This document shows, in pieces, positions 9,417 through 18,980 of a DNA stretch of 19,735 nucleotides (positions within the stretch are counted from its first letter, which is position 1; every line of letters starts with the position of its first letter). Both the position numbers and the translations under genes were made by a program. This stretch comes from Candidatus Eiseniibacteriota bacterium. GTDB lineage: Bacteria > Eisenbacteria > RBG-16-71-46 > DASYSL01. The notes beneath the pieces were generated by a model that ran no database searches, had not been told where the DNA came from, and saw nothing but the letters and a program-made list of their open reading frames with translations. The DNA lies in the NCBI GenBank assembly GCA_031431875.1, contig JANPEF010000019.1, forward strand, positions 1-19,735, given 5' to 3'.

Positions 9417-11210
9417 TCAGCGGTCGAGCTCGCCGGCGATGATGTTCAGCGTTCCGAGGATGGCCACGAAGTCCGACACCATCTGCCCGCGCAGCATCTC
9501 GTCGTTGGCGGCAAAGGTGTAGAAGCTGGGTGCCCGCACCTTGAGCCGGTACGGCTTCCCGCTGCCGTCGGAGACGAGGTAGAAGCCCAGCTCGCCGGTC
9601 GGGGTCTCGGTGTACGAGTAGACCTCGCCCACCGGCGGCGAGAAGCCGTGCATGATCAGCTTGAAGTGGTTCATCAGCGCCTCGATGTTGCCGTAGACGC
9701 GATTCTTCTCGGGCAGCGCGACGCGGTGATCGCGCGTGATGTGCGGCCCCGCCGGCACGCCGCGATCGAGCAGCTGGTGGATGATGCGCAGGCTCTCGTG
9801 CATCTCCTGCATGCGGACCATGTAACGCGAGAACGTGTCGCCGTCCGTGCGCACGGGCACGGCGAACTCGAGCCCGTCGTAGCCGCCGTACGGCGCGTCG
9901 CGCCGCAGGTCCACGTCGAGGCCCGAGGCGCGGCCGTTCGGCCCCGACCAGCCCCACGAGATCGCGTTCTCCCGGTTGACCACCCCGGTGCCGCGCGTGC
10001 GCTGCTGGAAGATCACGTTCCTGGTCGCCAGCTTGTCCACGTAGGCGATGAACTCGGGCATCTCGTTCGCCACCCGGCGCGCATGCTCGGCGAAGCCGTC
10101 GGGAATGTCCTGGGCCACGCCGCCGACGCGCCCGTAGGACACGGTCAGGCGCGCACCGCAGGTGGACTCGATCAGCTCGTAGATGCGCTCGCGCGGGTTG
10201 AAGAAGTACCAGAAGTTGGTCAGCGCGCCCATGTCGACGAGGTTCGTGCCAATGCAGATCATGTGGTCCATGATCCGGTTGAACTCCATCAGCAGCGTCC
10301 GGATCCAGATCGCCCGCGGCGGGACGTCGACCTGCATCAGCTTCTCGACCGCCATGGCGAAGCCGACGTTGTTGTTGAACGCCGAGATGTAGTTGAGCCG
10401 GTCGGTGAACGGGAACACCTGCGTGTAGGTGTGCGTCTCGGCCATCTTCTCGAAGCAGCGATGCAGGTAGCCGATCTCGGTCTTCGAATCGACGATGATC
10501 TCGCCGTCGAGCAGCGCCTGGATGCGCAGCGTGCCGTGCGTGGCCGGATGCGACGGGCCGAGGTTGACGTACACGCGCTCGATGCCGTCGGCGCCGACCA
10601 GCGTGTGCCGCCCCTCGTGCTCGGCCTCGAGGCCCGGGTACGCCGAGTACGAGCGCGACAGCATGTGCCGGCGGTCGGGCGGATAGTCCTTGCGCAGCGG
10701 GTGGCCGACGAACTCCTCGTGCGTGAGGATGCGGCGCAGGTCCGGATGGTTCACGAAGTCGAAGCCGAACAGGTCGTAGGCCTCGCGCTCCGCCCAGTTC
10801 GCCGACTTGTACAGCGGCGTGAGCGAGTCGACCGCCGGCTTGGCGTCGTCGAGCGGCACGTGCACGCGCACGCGCTTCTTCCGCGTCGTCGAGTAGAAGT
10901 GATAGACCGAGTGGAAGCGCGGCGTGCGGTCGAGCAGCAGGTTGTCCAGCCCCGCAATGTCGGCAAGGATGTCGTAGCGCAGCTCGGGATGGATCTTGAG
11001 CGTCTGCGCCACCAGCAGCAGGTCGTCCGGGCGGATGGTCACGGACAGGTCGCCGCGGAAGTCCTCGACGCCGAGCATCGCGGCGCCGTGCTCCGCGCGG
11101 AGAACGCGCACGGTCGGGTCGGCCTCGAGTGCCGCCGCGTCCTTCGCCTCGCCCCAGAATTTCGAGGGATCGGCCGCCGTGCTGCCGCGCGGCGTGTCGA
11201 GCGTGCTCAC
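9417..11210 (-). CDS. nuoCD: Fused NADH-quinone oxidoreductase subunit C/D
   Basis: NuoC motif [28 protein letters not shown] followed in frame by Nuo[22 protein letters not shown] and C-terminal GELDR; GTG 11210 with SD GGAGG, overlapping the nuoB stop (GTGA). Confidence 0.95.
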   Translation of the reverse strand: MSTLDTPRGSTAADPSKFWGEAKDAAALEADPTVRVLRAEHGAAMLGVEDFRGDLSVTIRPDDLLLVAQTLKIHPELRYDILADIAGLDNLLLDRTPRFHSVYHFYSTTRKKRVRVHVPLDDAKPAVDSLTPLYKSANWAEREAYDLFGFDFVNHPDLRRILTHEEFVGHPLRKDYPPDRRHMLSRSYSAYPGLEAEHEGRHTLVGADGIERVYVNLGPSHPATHGTLRIQALLDGEIIVDSKTEIGYLHRCFEKMAETHTYTQVFPFTDRLNYISAFNNNVGFAMAVEKLMQVDVPPRAIWIRTLLMEFNRIMDHMICIGTNLVDMGALTNFWYFFNPRERIYELIESTCGARLTVSYGRVGGVAQDIPDGFAEHARRVANEMPEFIAYVDKLATRNVIFQQRTRGTGVVNRENAISWGWSGPNGRASGLDVDLRRDAPYGGYDGLEFAVPVRTDGDTFSRYMVRMQEMHESLRIIHQLLDRGVPAGPHITRDHRVALPEKNRVYGNIEALMNHFKLIMHGFSPPVGEVYSYTETPTGELGFYLVSDGSGKPYRLKVRAPSFYTFAANDEMLRGQMVSDFVAILGTLNIIAGELDR

Positions 11211-11848
11211 GCGGGCCTCCCGCGCGCGGCGTCCTGCATGGCGCGCGCACGGCCCTCCTCGAGCGTGCGCACGGCGCGGCGGGCGACCTCCTCGGCGTGG
11301 CCCTGCTCCTCGACGGTGCGGCTCTTCATGGCGATCTGCGAACGCGTCTCGCCGCGGGCGATCATCTCCTGCAGCTTGATGATGCCGTGGATCAGGCCCT
11401 CGGGCGTCGGCGGACAGCCCGGCACGTAGATGTCGACGGGCACGATCTCGTCGATGCCCTGCATCACGTGGTAGGCGCGGTAGAACCCGCCCGAGGAGGC
11501 GCAGACGCCCATCGCGATGCACCACTTGGGGTCGGGCATCTGGTCCCAGATCTGCTTGAGGACGGGGCCCATCTTGTCGACGACGGTGCCGGCCACGATC
11601 ATGAGGTCCGACTGTCGCGGCGAGAAGCGCACGACCTCGGCGCCGAAGCGCGACAGGTCGTAGTGCGACGAGACCACCGACATGAATTCGATCGCGCAAC
11701 ACGCCGTGCCGAACGGCATGGGCCAGAGCGCGTTCTTCCGCCCCCAGTTGACGTAGTGGTCGAGCTGGGTCGTCAGCCAGCCTTCACGGCGCGGATCGCT
11801 CGCGGTACTTCCTGCCGCGGGCGCGCCGAGCGGGGTCTCGGGGGCCAT
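11207..11848 (-). CDS. nuoB: NADH-quinone oxidoreductase subunit B
   Basis: GTACCAIE tandem cysteines, [29 protein letters not shown]. Confidence 0.97.
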   Translation of the reverse strand: MAPETPLGAPAAGSTASDPRREGWLTTQLDHYVNWGRKNALWPMPFGTACCAIEFMSVVSSHYDLSRFGAEVVRFSPRQSDLMIVAGTVVDKMGPVLKQIWDQMPDPKWCIAMGVCASSGGFYRAYHVMQGIDEIVPVDIYVPGCPPTPEGLIHGIIKLQEMIARGETRSQIAMKSRTVEEQGHAEEVARRAVRTLEEGRARAMQDAARGRPA

Positions 11849-11911
11849 CCAGGTCTCCTCGCGCAGGGCGCGCGGGTGGAATGGTGGTACTGGAAACGAT
11901 GGTCTGGAGGC

Positions 11912-11940
11912 AAGATAGCAGCCGGACCCTTCCCTGCCAA
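11912..11940 (-). promoter_or_regulatory. Putative sigma70 promoter of the nuoB-CD-G-I-nth unit
   Basis: TTGGCA (11940-11935), 17 bp, then TATCTT (11917-11912) preceded by TGC; about 60 nt upstream of nuoB. Confidence 0.7.
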
Positions 11941-11971
11941 GGGGACGGGAGGGCCGGCTCGTGGCCGGGAG

Positions 11972-12397
11972 CTAGATGTTCTTGGGCTGGATCGGCCGAC
12001 GGCTCGAGAACCCGCCCGACAGCGGGTGCCAGTGGCCCACGCGACGCTCCCCCCGCTGCCAGCAGAGGAACACGATCCGGTCCCCCTTGAGCGAGTAGAA
12101 GTCGATCAGGGCGCGGTCCAGGTCCTTCACCACGCAGCCCTTGGCGTGAATCGCGCTCACCGCCTCGGCGATCTCCTCGCCCAGGTCCCTGGCGCGCCGC
12201 TCGCGCGAGTCACGGGCGGCAAGGTCGGGGTTGGCGGAACTCGCGCCGGTCTCGATGAGCAGGCGCATCATTTCGAGATCGGACTGCACCTGGTCGAGCT
12301 CGCGCTTGCGCGCGATCAGGTGCGACAGCCGAGGCTCGAGGAACGGAATGAGCGCATTGGCCTCGTCAGGCGAAAACAGGGTCAGCGACACCGGCAT
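11972..12397 (-). CDS. DUF2203 family protein
   Basis: LFSPDEANALIP, a coiled-coil middle, and GCVVKDLDRALIDFY..VFLCWQRGE..HWH..GGFSSRRPI, characteristic of DUF2203; strong SD AAGGAGG before ATG 12397. Confidence 0.88.
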   Translation of the reverse strand: MPVSLTLFSPDEANALIPFLEPRLSHLIARKRELDQVQSDLEMMRLLIETGASSANPDLAARDSRERRARDLGEEIAEAVSAIHAKGCVVKDLDRALIDFYSLKGDRIVFLCWQRGERRVGHWHPLSGGFSSRRPIQPKNI

Positions 12398-12417
12398 CGG
12401 GAACCCTCCTTCGGCGT

Positions 12418-12459
12418 GGTCGATTCGATCCGGTCGATTCGATCCGGTTGATGCGATCA
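12418..12459. repeat. 3 x 14-bp tandem repeat
   Basis: GGTCGATTCGATCC (12418-12431), GGTCGATTCGATCC (12432-12445), GGTTGATGCGATCA (12446-12459). Confidence 0.9.
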
Positions 12460-12462
12460 GAT

Positions 12463-12516
12463 AGAAACAAGTATAAAGGGCCCGGGCGCGCCCCGCCAGA
12501 GGGCGCTCCCGGACCC
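12463..12516 (-). terminator. Putative Rho-independent terminator of the beta-barrel gene
   Basis: Minus strand GGGTCCGGGAGCGCCC-TCTGGCG-GGGCGCGCCCGGGCCC (16-bp stem, 1 G-U pair, 1 mismatch) followed by TTTATACTTGTTTCT, 23 nt after the stop at 12540. Confidence 0.7.
12470..12475 (-). promoter_or_regulatory. Putative -10 element for the DUF2203 gene
   Basis: TATACT about 72 nt upstream of ATG 12397; no convincing -35. Confidence 0.45.
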
Positions 12517-12539
12517 CGAAGGTCTTTGGGGACTGTGGC

Positions 12540-13211
12540 TTAGAAGCCCAACGCCAGCCCGATCGCGCCCTGATTGCCGCTGGGCATCCAACTCGCCTCC
12601 GCGCCTGCCTGATCCGCCGACGCGCTGCCCATGTATCCACCGATGTACCCGTTGAGCGCCAGCGACGAGCCCAGTCCGACATGGGCGCCGATGCGCCCCG
12701 TCAGCGAGATGCGGGTCGTGGTGCCCGTCTCCGTCACGAAGGACTCTGCCGGGAAATCGTACTCGGCGCTTCCACTCCAGTACTCGAGCCCCGGGCCGAC
12801 GAACAGGTGGAAGTCGGGGCTCAGGTGGACGAAACGATCGGCGCCGACCCGGATGTTCCACGACGACTGCGTGTACTTGCCGTCGGGCGAGTTCGGCGGG
12901 GCGTTGTCGCCGTACTTGTCCGTCTCGCTGAACGTGCCGATGCCACCGGAGAAAGCGAGCGCCCAGTTGTCGGAGAGCAGCCGCTGGAACTGGATCTGAC
13001 CGCCCCACTCCGTGTGATCGAAGGCGGAAATCGATCCTCCTCCGGACTCCGGCGAGACGAAGTCGCCGTCGCCATGGGCGAGTTGCAGGGCGAGGATGTT
13101 CGAGCCCTTCGCCAGCCCTTCGGCCCGTGCGGGCGCGAACAGGAATGCGGTGGCGAGGGCGGCTCCAGCGACGAGCGCAAGCGCGAGGCCGATACGACGT
13201 GCGATGACCAT
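12540..13211 (-). CDS. Outer-membrane beta-barrel protein (small, probably 8-stranded)
   Basis: Sec signal peptide MVIARRIGLALALVAGAALATAFLFAPARA; alternating Gly/aromatic beta strands; C-terminal beta-signal GAIGLALGF ending in Phe; SD GGAGG before ATG 13211. Confidence 0.8.
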   Translation of the reverse strand: MVIARRIGLALALVAGAALATAFLFAPARAEGLAKGSNILALQLAHGDGDFVSPESGGGSISAFDHTEWGGQIQFQRLLSDNWALAFSGGIGTFSETDKYGDNAPPNSPDGKYTQSSWNIRVGADRFVHLSPDFHLFVGPGLEYWSGSAEYDFPAESFVTETGTTTRISLTGRIGAHVGLGSSLALNGYIGGYMGSASADQAGAEASWMPSGNQGAIGLALGF

Positions 13212-13260
13212 GAGGGGGACCTCCATGTGCTTCCCGATCCCAACGACCGGGCGCGGAGGG

Positions 13261-13289
13261 AACCTAATGGTCCCGGCGACGCATTTCAA
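13261..13289 (-). promoter_or_regulatory. Putative sigma70 promoter of the beta-barrel gene
   Basis: TTGAAA (13289-13284, overlapping the upstream TGA stop), 17 bp, TAGGTT (13266-13261). Confidence 0.65.
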
Positions 13290-14086
13290 GCCCCGCCGAC
13301 GAGCACCGACAACATCGAGATCGATCCACCGTCGATCCCCTCGACCGGGAAGGTCACGGGCTCGCCCGGAGCGCGCAATCCGAGCACGACCGACAGCGGC
13401 AGGAAGTGCTCGGGCGTGGGCACGGACAACCGCGCGTCCTCCCCCATCGTCGGGTAGTCGACCAGCGCCGCCACGTCGTCGGCGAGGATCGCGTCACACG
13501 CCGCACGCTCGAAGCGCACCGCCCAGGGATACGGTTCGACCTGGCGACGGCCCCAGCCGTAGGCGTGCAGGTTATGCACCAGGTTGCCGCTGCCGAGGAC
13601 GAGCACGCCCTCGTCGCGCAGAGCGCGCAGGCGGCGGCCCAGCGCATGGAAGAACGGCGGTGGTTGCGTCTCGTCGAGGCTCAACTGCACGACCGGGATG
13701 TCCGCGTGCGGAACCAGGTGAACGAGCACCGACCACGTGCCGTGATCGAGGCCCCACGCCGTGTCGAGGGCGACGTCGATGGGCTCGGCGCCGGCAGCAC
13801 CCTCGCCCAGCAGCTCGCGCACGCGACGCGCCAGCGCCGGATCGCCGGGCGCGGGGTAGCGCACCGCGTACAACTCGGGCGGAAAGCCGCCGAAGTCGTG
13901 GATGGTGGGCGGCACGTCCATCGCGGTGACGCGCGTGCCGGGCAGGAACCAGTGCGCCGAGACGGCGAGAATCGCCCGCGGGCGCGGCAGCGCGCGGCCG
14001 AGCCCGGCCCACGCGGTGGTCCACGCGTTCTGGGCGAGCGCGTTCATCGGGCTGCCGTGGCCGACGAACAGCGCGGGCATCGTCAT
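13286..14086 (-). CDS. ygiD: 4,5-DOPA dioxygenase extradiol-like (LigB family)
   Basis: MPALFVGHGSPMN, SAHW, TIHDFGGFP, GLDHG, GSGNLVHNL, PTPEHFLPL, GSISM; ATGA overlap with the DinB gene stop. Confidence 0.93.
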   Translation of the reverse strand: MTMPALFVGHGSPMNALAQNAWTTAWAGLGRALPRPRAILAVSAHWFLPGTRVTAMDVPPTIHDFGGFPPELYAVRYPAPGDPALARRVRELLGEGAAGAEPIDVALDTAWGLDHGTWSVLVHLVPHADIPVVQLSLDETQPPPFFHALGRRLRALRDEGVLVLGSGNLVHNLHAYGWGRRQVEPYPWAVRFERAACDAILADDVAALVDYPTMGEDARLSVPTPEHFLPLSVVLGLRAPGEPVTFPVEGIDGGSISMLSVLVGGA

Positions 14087-14619
14087 GCCGCGGGCCCGGC
14101 GAGGCCGTAGCGCTCGGCCAGGACGTTCAGGTGGTTGCGCGCGTGCCCGACCAGGATCCACGCGAGGGCGCGCGTGCTCACCGGCGCGCCGTTGGCGGTG
14201 CCCATCCGGCGCCAGTCGGCCTCGACGAAGGTGCGCAGCGCGAGCAGGTTTCCTTCGCGCAGGTGCGCGAACTCGGCGGCGAGGTCGTCGACGGTGCGCT
14301 CGTCGAAGCGCGACCGAGCCATGTACTCCTGCTCGTCGTATCCGGGGAACGATGCGGTGTCGCCGCGGCCGATGGCGAACGCGCGGTAGCCGAAGACGCG
14401 CTCGCCGTCGTTGACATGACCGAGCACCTGGCGCGGGGACCACTTGCCGGGGGCGTAGCGGTACGACTCCTTCTCCGCCGGAACCGCAGCGGCCCACGCG
14501 ATCAGCTCTGCCGGCTGCGCCTCGAGCGCGGCGAAGATCTCCGTCTCGGGCACGAGGTTCATGTAGCCGGCGTAGTAGGCCAGGTACTCGTCGGGGCCGG
14601 GGCGGCCGATGTCGATCAT
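14083..14619 (-). CDS. DinB/YfiT family protein
   Basis: RYAPGKWS, His triad LGHVNDGER..GHARNH, FPGYDEQEY; SD GAAGGAG; ATGA overlap with the upstream gene. Confidence 0.9.
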   Translation of the reverse strand: MIDIGRPGPDEYLAYYAGYMNLVPETEIFAALEAQPAELIAWAAAVPAEKESYRYAPGKWSPRQVLGHVNDGERVFGYRAFAIGRGDTASFPGYDEQEYMARSRFDERTVDDLAAEFAHLREGNLLALRTFVEADWRRMGTANGAPVSTRALAWILVGHARNHLNVLAERYGLAGPAA

Positions 14620-15449
14620 GGGGTCTCCTTCTCCAGTCCATCTCTGCACGCATGGCGAACGGCCGGCCGCAGCGGCGCCGGCACCTCGAACCAAGTCGCC
14701 CGCCCGACGCCGCGGCACGTGCCGTCCTCGCCGAACAGGACCGTCCTCACGAAGTGCTTTCGTCCGTCGGCGCCGAGTTCCGTGCCGACCACGACGCAGC
14801 GCTCGCCGATCCGCACTTCGCCGAGGCGCTCGACGGCGAGTTCGCCGAGCAGGATCGCGCGATCGGACGGGAGCGGAAAAGAGAATCCACCCGGACAGTC
14901 GAGCGCCGCCCAGACGAACTCGGGGGCGACGTGCGCCGGGTCGCCTGGCGCAGCCAGCGACGCGTCAGGAATCCACGGGGCGGCCACATCGGCACTCCCC
15001 GGCAATGCCCCGGCAAGGATGCGCAGGCCGCCGCCGTTCGCACGCGCAGGGCCGCACACGAAGCAGCCCGGATATGGATGGGAGTGGAAGCCGCGAAAGT
15101 CGCGCGCGGCGACGGTGGCTTCGGCGAAGGTCGGGGTGGGCGGCAAGTCCGTGGCGAAAGTCGTGACGACCGGGTCGAGCGGATGAAGCGCACGCGCCTC
15201 GGCGACGATCGTACCGGTCGCGTCTTCGGAGGCGTCCCGCAACAACGCGGAGTCCTCACCGACCTCGATCTGCATCACGCGCCCGAGGGGCGGCGGCACG
15301 CGCAGGCGCACCCGCGCGACACGCGGAGCGGGCAGCAGATGCGCGGCGAGCCGCCCGCACACGTAGCCGCCGTTGCCCGAGTTGGCCGGGCCGTTGAAGC
15401 GGCGGTCGATCGTCAGCGTGGCCGCGGGAACGGGCTCGGCGGAGCTCAC
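14616..15449 (-). CDS. Double hotdog-fold protein (thioesterase/dehydratase-like, uncharacterised)
   Basis: RFNGPANSGNGGY, YPGCFVCG, WAALDCPG, DGRKHFVRT; GTG 15449 overlaps the metH stop (GTGA). Fold assignment is from motif recall. Confidence 0.7.
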   Translation of the reverse strand: MSSAEPVPAATLTIDRRFNGPANSGNGGYVCGRLAAHLLPAPRVARVRLRVPPPLGRVMQIEVGEDSALLRDASEDATGTIVAEARALHPLDPVVTTFATDLPPTPTFAEATVAARDFRGFHSHPYPGCFVCGPARANGGGLRILAGALPGSADVAAPWIPDASLAAPGDPAHVAPEFVWAALDCPGGFSFPLPSDRAILLGELAVERLGEVRIGERCVVVGTELGADGRKHFVRTVLFGEDGTCRGVGRATWFEVPAPLRPAVRHACRDGLEKETP

Positions 15450-18400
15450 GCCGGCGGGCTCTCCACCGTCTCGGCGGCGCCGGCGGCGAAGTACGCGGCA
15501 TCCGGGTGATGGAAGACGAGCGCCGAGACGCTGGCCTCCGGATCCATCATGAAGCCGTCGGTCAGGCGCACGCCCATGTCCCCCGGCTCGAGCAGGCGGA
15601 ACAGGATCGCCTGGTCGTCGAGGTTCGGGCACGCCGGGTAGCCGAACGAGTAGCGCTTGCCGCGGTAGTGGCCGCGCAGGCGGTCGGCCATCGTCGTCGT
15701 CGGCGGATCGGGAAAGCCCCACAGGTTGCGCAGCCGCGCGTGCAACCACTCGGCGGCGGCCTCGGCGGTCTCGAGCGCGAGGGCTTGCAGCGCATGCGAA
15801 CGCAGGTACTCGCCCGCATCCTTGAGGGCCTCGGCGCGCTCGCGCACGCCCCCGCCGGCGGTGGTGACGAACATGGCGACATGATCGCGCCGCCCGTCGA
15901 GCGGCGGAAGCACGAAGTCGGGGATTGCCATCCGCGGCTCGCGCGCCTGGCGCGGGAATGCGATCGTCGCCACGGGCGTGGTCGAGCCGCGGCCCGCGAA
16001 GAGGCGCAGCGTGTCGCCCGTCGACTCGGCCTCGAAGAACCGCCACACGCAGCGGGCACGCAGGGCGCCGGCACGCGCCTCGGCCTTGATCGCGTCGACG
16101 GTGGCCTCGAGCGCCAGGGCCTTCGGGTCGCCGGCGGCGCGCAACTTCTCGAAGCTGCCCTTGAGCCCGAGGTGACGGCCGTAGAGCATCTGCGGGCTGA
16201 GGAACTGCCAGATCTCGTCGAGCGAGCGCAGGTCGAGCACGTGCCGCTCGAGGTCGGGCACGTCGGGGATCGGGATCTCGAGCCGCACCGCCGGCGAGCG
16301 CGTGATGGCGGGCGCTCCGGCGTCACCGGCCGCCGCTGCGCCCGCAGCCGCGGCCGCCATCGCGGCCAGCGCGGCGGTCGACTCCGCGTCGAGCTGCGTC
16401 GCCATCGCCGTGCGGGTCGCGGGATTCATCAGCTTGTGCATGAGGTCGAGCCCGTGCATCGCGTCCTTCGCGTAGGCGACGAGCGAGCCGTAGGCCGGCG
16501 CGATGCGCGTGCGAGTGAACTTGTTGGTGAGCGCCGCGCCGCCGACCAGGATCGGCACGTCGACGCCGGCGGTCTTCAGGTCCTCGGCGGTGACGACCAT
16601 CTGCTGAGCCGACTTGACGAGCAGCCCCGACAGCCCGATCACGTCGGGCTTGTGCTCGCGCACCGCAGCGACCAGCGCCTCGGGCGGGATCTTGATGCCC
16701 AGGTTGACGACCTCGTAGCCGTTGTTGGACAGCACGATGTCGACCAGGTTCTTCCCGATGTCGTGCACGTCGCCCTTCACCGTGGCCAGGACGAGGCGAC
16801 CGCGAGCGGCGGTCTCGGACTTCTCCATGAACTGCTCGAGGTGGCGCACGGCGGCCTTCATCGCCTCGGCGCTCTCGAGCACCTCGGCGACGATCAGCTC
16901 GTTGGCGTTGAACAGGCGGCCGACCTCATCCATGCCCTTCATCAGCGGACCGTTGATGATCTCCAGCGGGCGGGCCTCCGCCCGCTTGAGCTCGAGGTCC
17001 TCGATCAGGCCCTCCTTGGTGCCCTCGATGATGCAGCGCGCAAGGCGCTCGTCGAGCGGCAGCGCGGCGCGCTCGGCGCCGGTCTTCACCCGCGTCTTCA
17101 CCTCGCGGAAGTGGGCGGCGAACGCGGCGATCGAGTCGGCGCCGCCGTCGAACAGCAGCGCCTCGGCGAGCTTGCGCTCGTCCTCGGGAATCGAGGCGTA
17201 ACGCTCGAGCTTCTCGCTGTTGACGATCGCCAGGTCGAGCCCGGCCCTCGTGCAGTGATAGAGGAAGACGGAGTTCAGCACTTCGCGCCCGGCTTCCGGG
17301 AGCCCGAACGACACGTTCGAGATGCCGAGGATGGTCTTGGTTTCGGGGAACGCGGCCTTGAGCAGGCGGATGCCCTCGATCGTCTCGATCGCGCTGCCCA
17401 CGTAGTTCACGTCACCGGTGGCGCACGGGAAGGTGAGCGGATCCCAGAGGATATCCTCGCCCGGAATGCCGTACTTCGTGGTCAGGAGGTCGTACGATCG
17501 CTGGGCGACGGCGAGCTTGCGCTCGCGGGTGACGGCCATGCCCTGCTGCGGGTCCTCGTCGATCGTGCCGCACACGACGGCGGCGCCGAAGCGGCGAGCC
17601 AGCGGCAGCACGGCCTCAAAGCGCTCCTCGCCGTCCTCGAGGTTCACCGAGTTGATGATCGCCTTGCCCTGGCAGTAGGTGAGCGCGCGCTCGAGGACGG
17701 CCGCGTCGGTCGAGTCGAGCATGAGCGGCACCTTCACCTTGCGGATCAGGTCGGGCAGAAAGGTGAGCATGTCGGCCAGCTCGTCGCGGTCGGGATCGGC
17801 GACGCACACGTCGACGACCTGCGCGCCGCCGCGCACCTGGCTGCGACCGATCTCGCTGGCCTCCTCCCACTTGCCTTCGGCGATCAGGCGCTTGAACTTG
17901 CGTGACCCGATCACGTTCGTGCGCTCACCGACCAGCACCGGGCGCACGTCGTCGTTGATCTCGAGAAAGTCGACGCCCGAGACGAGCGTCTTGCGATGCG
18001 CCGCCGGCACGCGCGGGCGGCGGCCCTTCACCATCGCGGCGAGCGCGCGGATGTGGTCGGGCGTGGTCCCGCAGCAGCCGCCCACGAGGTTGATCCAGCC
18101 GTGCTCGCAGAAGCGCTCGAGCACCCGCGCCATGCCGTCGGGCGTCTCGAGGTAGCGGCCCTCCGAGTCGGGCAGTCCGGCGTTGGGGATGCACGAGACG
18201 CGCGTCTTGGCGATCGCCGACAGCGCGCGCAGGTGGTCGGTCATGAACTCGGGACCGGTCGCGCAGTTGAGGCCGACCGACAGCAGGTCGGCGTGCATCA
18301 CCGAGGTGTAGAGCGCCTCGACCCCTTGCCCGGCGAGCATCGTGCCCGTGGCCTCGATCGTGCCCGAGACCATGACCGGCACGCGGCGGCCCACGGCCAC

Positions 18401-18967
18401 GGTCGCCTGCTCGATGGCCAGCAGCGCGGCCTTCACGTTGCGCGTGTCCTGCTGCGTCTCGACCAGGAGCAGGTCGACGCCGCCGGCGAGCAGGCCCTCG
18501 ACCTGCGTGCGGAACGCGGCCGTCAGCGCATCGAACGTGATGCCGCCGGTGACGGTGATCGCCTTCGTCGTGGGGCCGATCGAGCCGGCGACGAAGCGCG
18601 GGCGCGACGGGTCCTTCGCGCTGAACTCGCCGGCCGCCTGCACGGCGAGCTCGGCTGCGTGTCGGTTGAGCGCATGGCAGCGGTCGGCCAGGCCGTACTC
18701 GCCGAGCACGAACGGGGTGCCGCCGAAGGTGTTGGTCTCGATGATGTCCGCACCGGCGTCGAGGTATCCCCGGTGCACGTCGAGCACGACGTCGGGACGC
18801 GTATCGACCAGCACCTCGTTGCAGCCCTCGAGGTCGGGTCCGCCAAAGTCGTCGGCCGTGAGGTTGCGCGCCTGCATGGCCGTGCCGGTCGCACCGTCGA
18901 GCACGAGGATGCGCTCTTCGAGTTGCTCGTCGAGCAGGCGGGCACGCGGGTCGTAGGGAATCGGCAT
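15446..18967 (-). CDS. metH: Cobalamin-dependent methionine synthase
   Basis: Homocysteine-binding domain (LDGATGT, GLNCATG, GGCCG), pterin domain (VGERTN), B12 motif [13 protein letters not shown], activation domain [10 protein letters not shown]. Start set at ATG 18967 because ATG 18976 overlaps a TAGAAT -10. Confidence 0.98.
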   Translation of the reverse strand: MPIPYDPRARLLDEQLEERILVLDGATGTAMQARNLTADDFGGPDLEGCNEVLVDTRPDVVLDVHRGYLDAGADIIETNTFGGTPFVLGEYGLADRCHALNRHAAELAVQAAGEFSAKDPSRPRFVAGSIGPTTKAITVTGGITFDALTAAFRTQVEGLLAGGVDLLLVETQQDTRNVKAALLAIEQATVAVGRRVPVMVSGTIEATGTMLAGQGVEALYTSVMHADLLSVGLNCATGPEFMTDHLRALSAIAKTRVSCIPNAGLPDSEGRYLETPDGMARVLERFCEHGWINLVGGCCGTTPDHIRALAAMVKGRRPRVPAAHRKTLVSGVDFLEINDDVRPVLVGERTNVIGSRKFKRLIAEGKWEEASEIGRSQVRGGAQVVDVCVADPDRDELADMLTFLPDLIRKVKVPLMLDSTDAAVLERALTYCQGKAIINSVNLEDGEERFEAVLPLARRFGAAVVCGTIDEDPQQGMAVTRERKLAVAQRSYDLLTTKYGIPGEDILWDPLTFPCATGDVNYVGSAIETIEGIRLLKAAFPETKTILGISNVSFGLPEAGREVLNSVFLYHCTRAGLDLAIVNSEKLERYASIPEDERKLAEALLFDGGADSIAAFAAHFREVKTRVKTGAERAALPLDERLARCIIEGTKEGLIEDLELKRAEARPLEIINGPLMKGMDEVGRLFNANELIVAEVLESAEAMKAAVRHLEQFMEKSETAARGRLVLATVKGDVHDIGKNLVDIVLSNNGYEVVNLGIKIPPEALVAAVREHKPDVIGLSGLLVKSAQQMVVTAEDLKTAGVDVPILVGGAALTNKFTRTRIAPAYGSLVAYAKDAMHGLDLMHKLMNPATRTAMATQLDAESTAALAAMAAAAAGAAAAGDAGAPAITRSPAVRLEIPIPDVPDLERHVLDLRSLDEIWQFLSPQMLYGRHLGLKGSFEKLRAAGDPKALALEATVDAIKAEARAGALRARCVWRFFEAESTGDTLRLFAGRGSTTPVATIAFPRQAREPRMAIPDFVLPPLDGRRDHVAMFVTTAGGGVRERAEALKDAGEYLRSHALQALALETAEAAAEWLHARLRNLWGFPDPPTTTMADRLRGHYRGKRYSFGYPACPNLDDQAILFRLLEPGDMGVRLTDGFMMDPEASVSALVFHHPDAAYFAAGAAETVESPPA

Positions 18968-18974
18968 GTCGCTC

Positions 18975-18980
18975 ATTCTA
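18975..18980 (-). promoter_or_regulatory. Putative -10 element of leaderless metH
   Basis: TAGAAT, 7 nt, then ATG 18967; no SD and no clear -35. Confidence 0.55.

Noticed and set aside
9417..11848. Group 4 [NiFe]-hydrogenase interpretation of nuoB/nuoCD
   Set aside because: The large subunit lacks both CxxC Ni-binding motifs (it ends in IIAGELDR) and has the quinone-site His and Tyr (HPATHG, DRLNY); NuoB has the tandem CC of complex I.
12418..12459. CRISPR-like array
   Set aside because: Units are 14 bp, contiguous and without spacers; no cas genes.
16307..16387. Ala-rich stretch in MetH
   Set aside because: An ordinary flexible linker between the B12-binding and activation domains.
15506..17905. 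Long antisense ORFs (799 aa here; also 7718-9442, 11129-12451, 4114-5505)
   Set aside because: Typical stop-poor antisense frames of high-GC genes, with no recognisable motifs.
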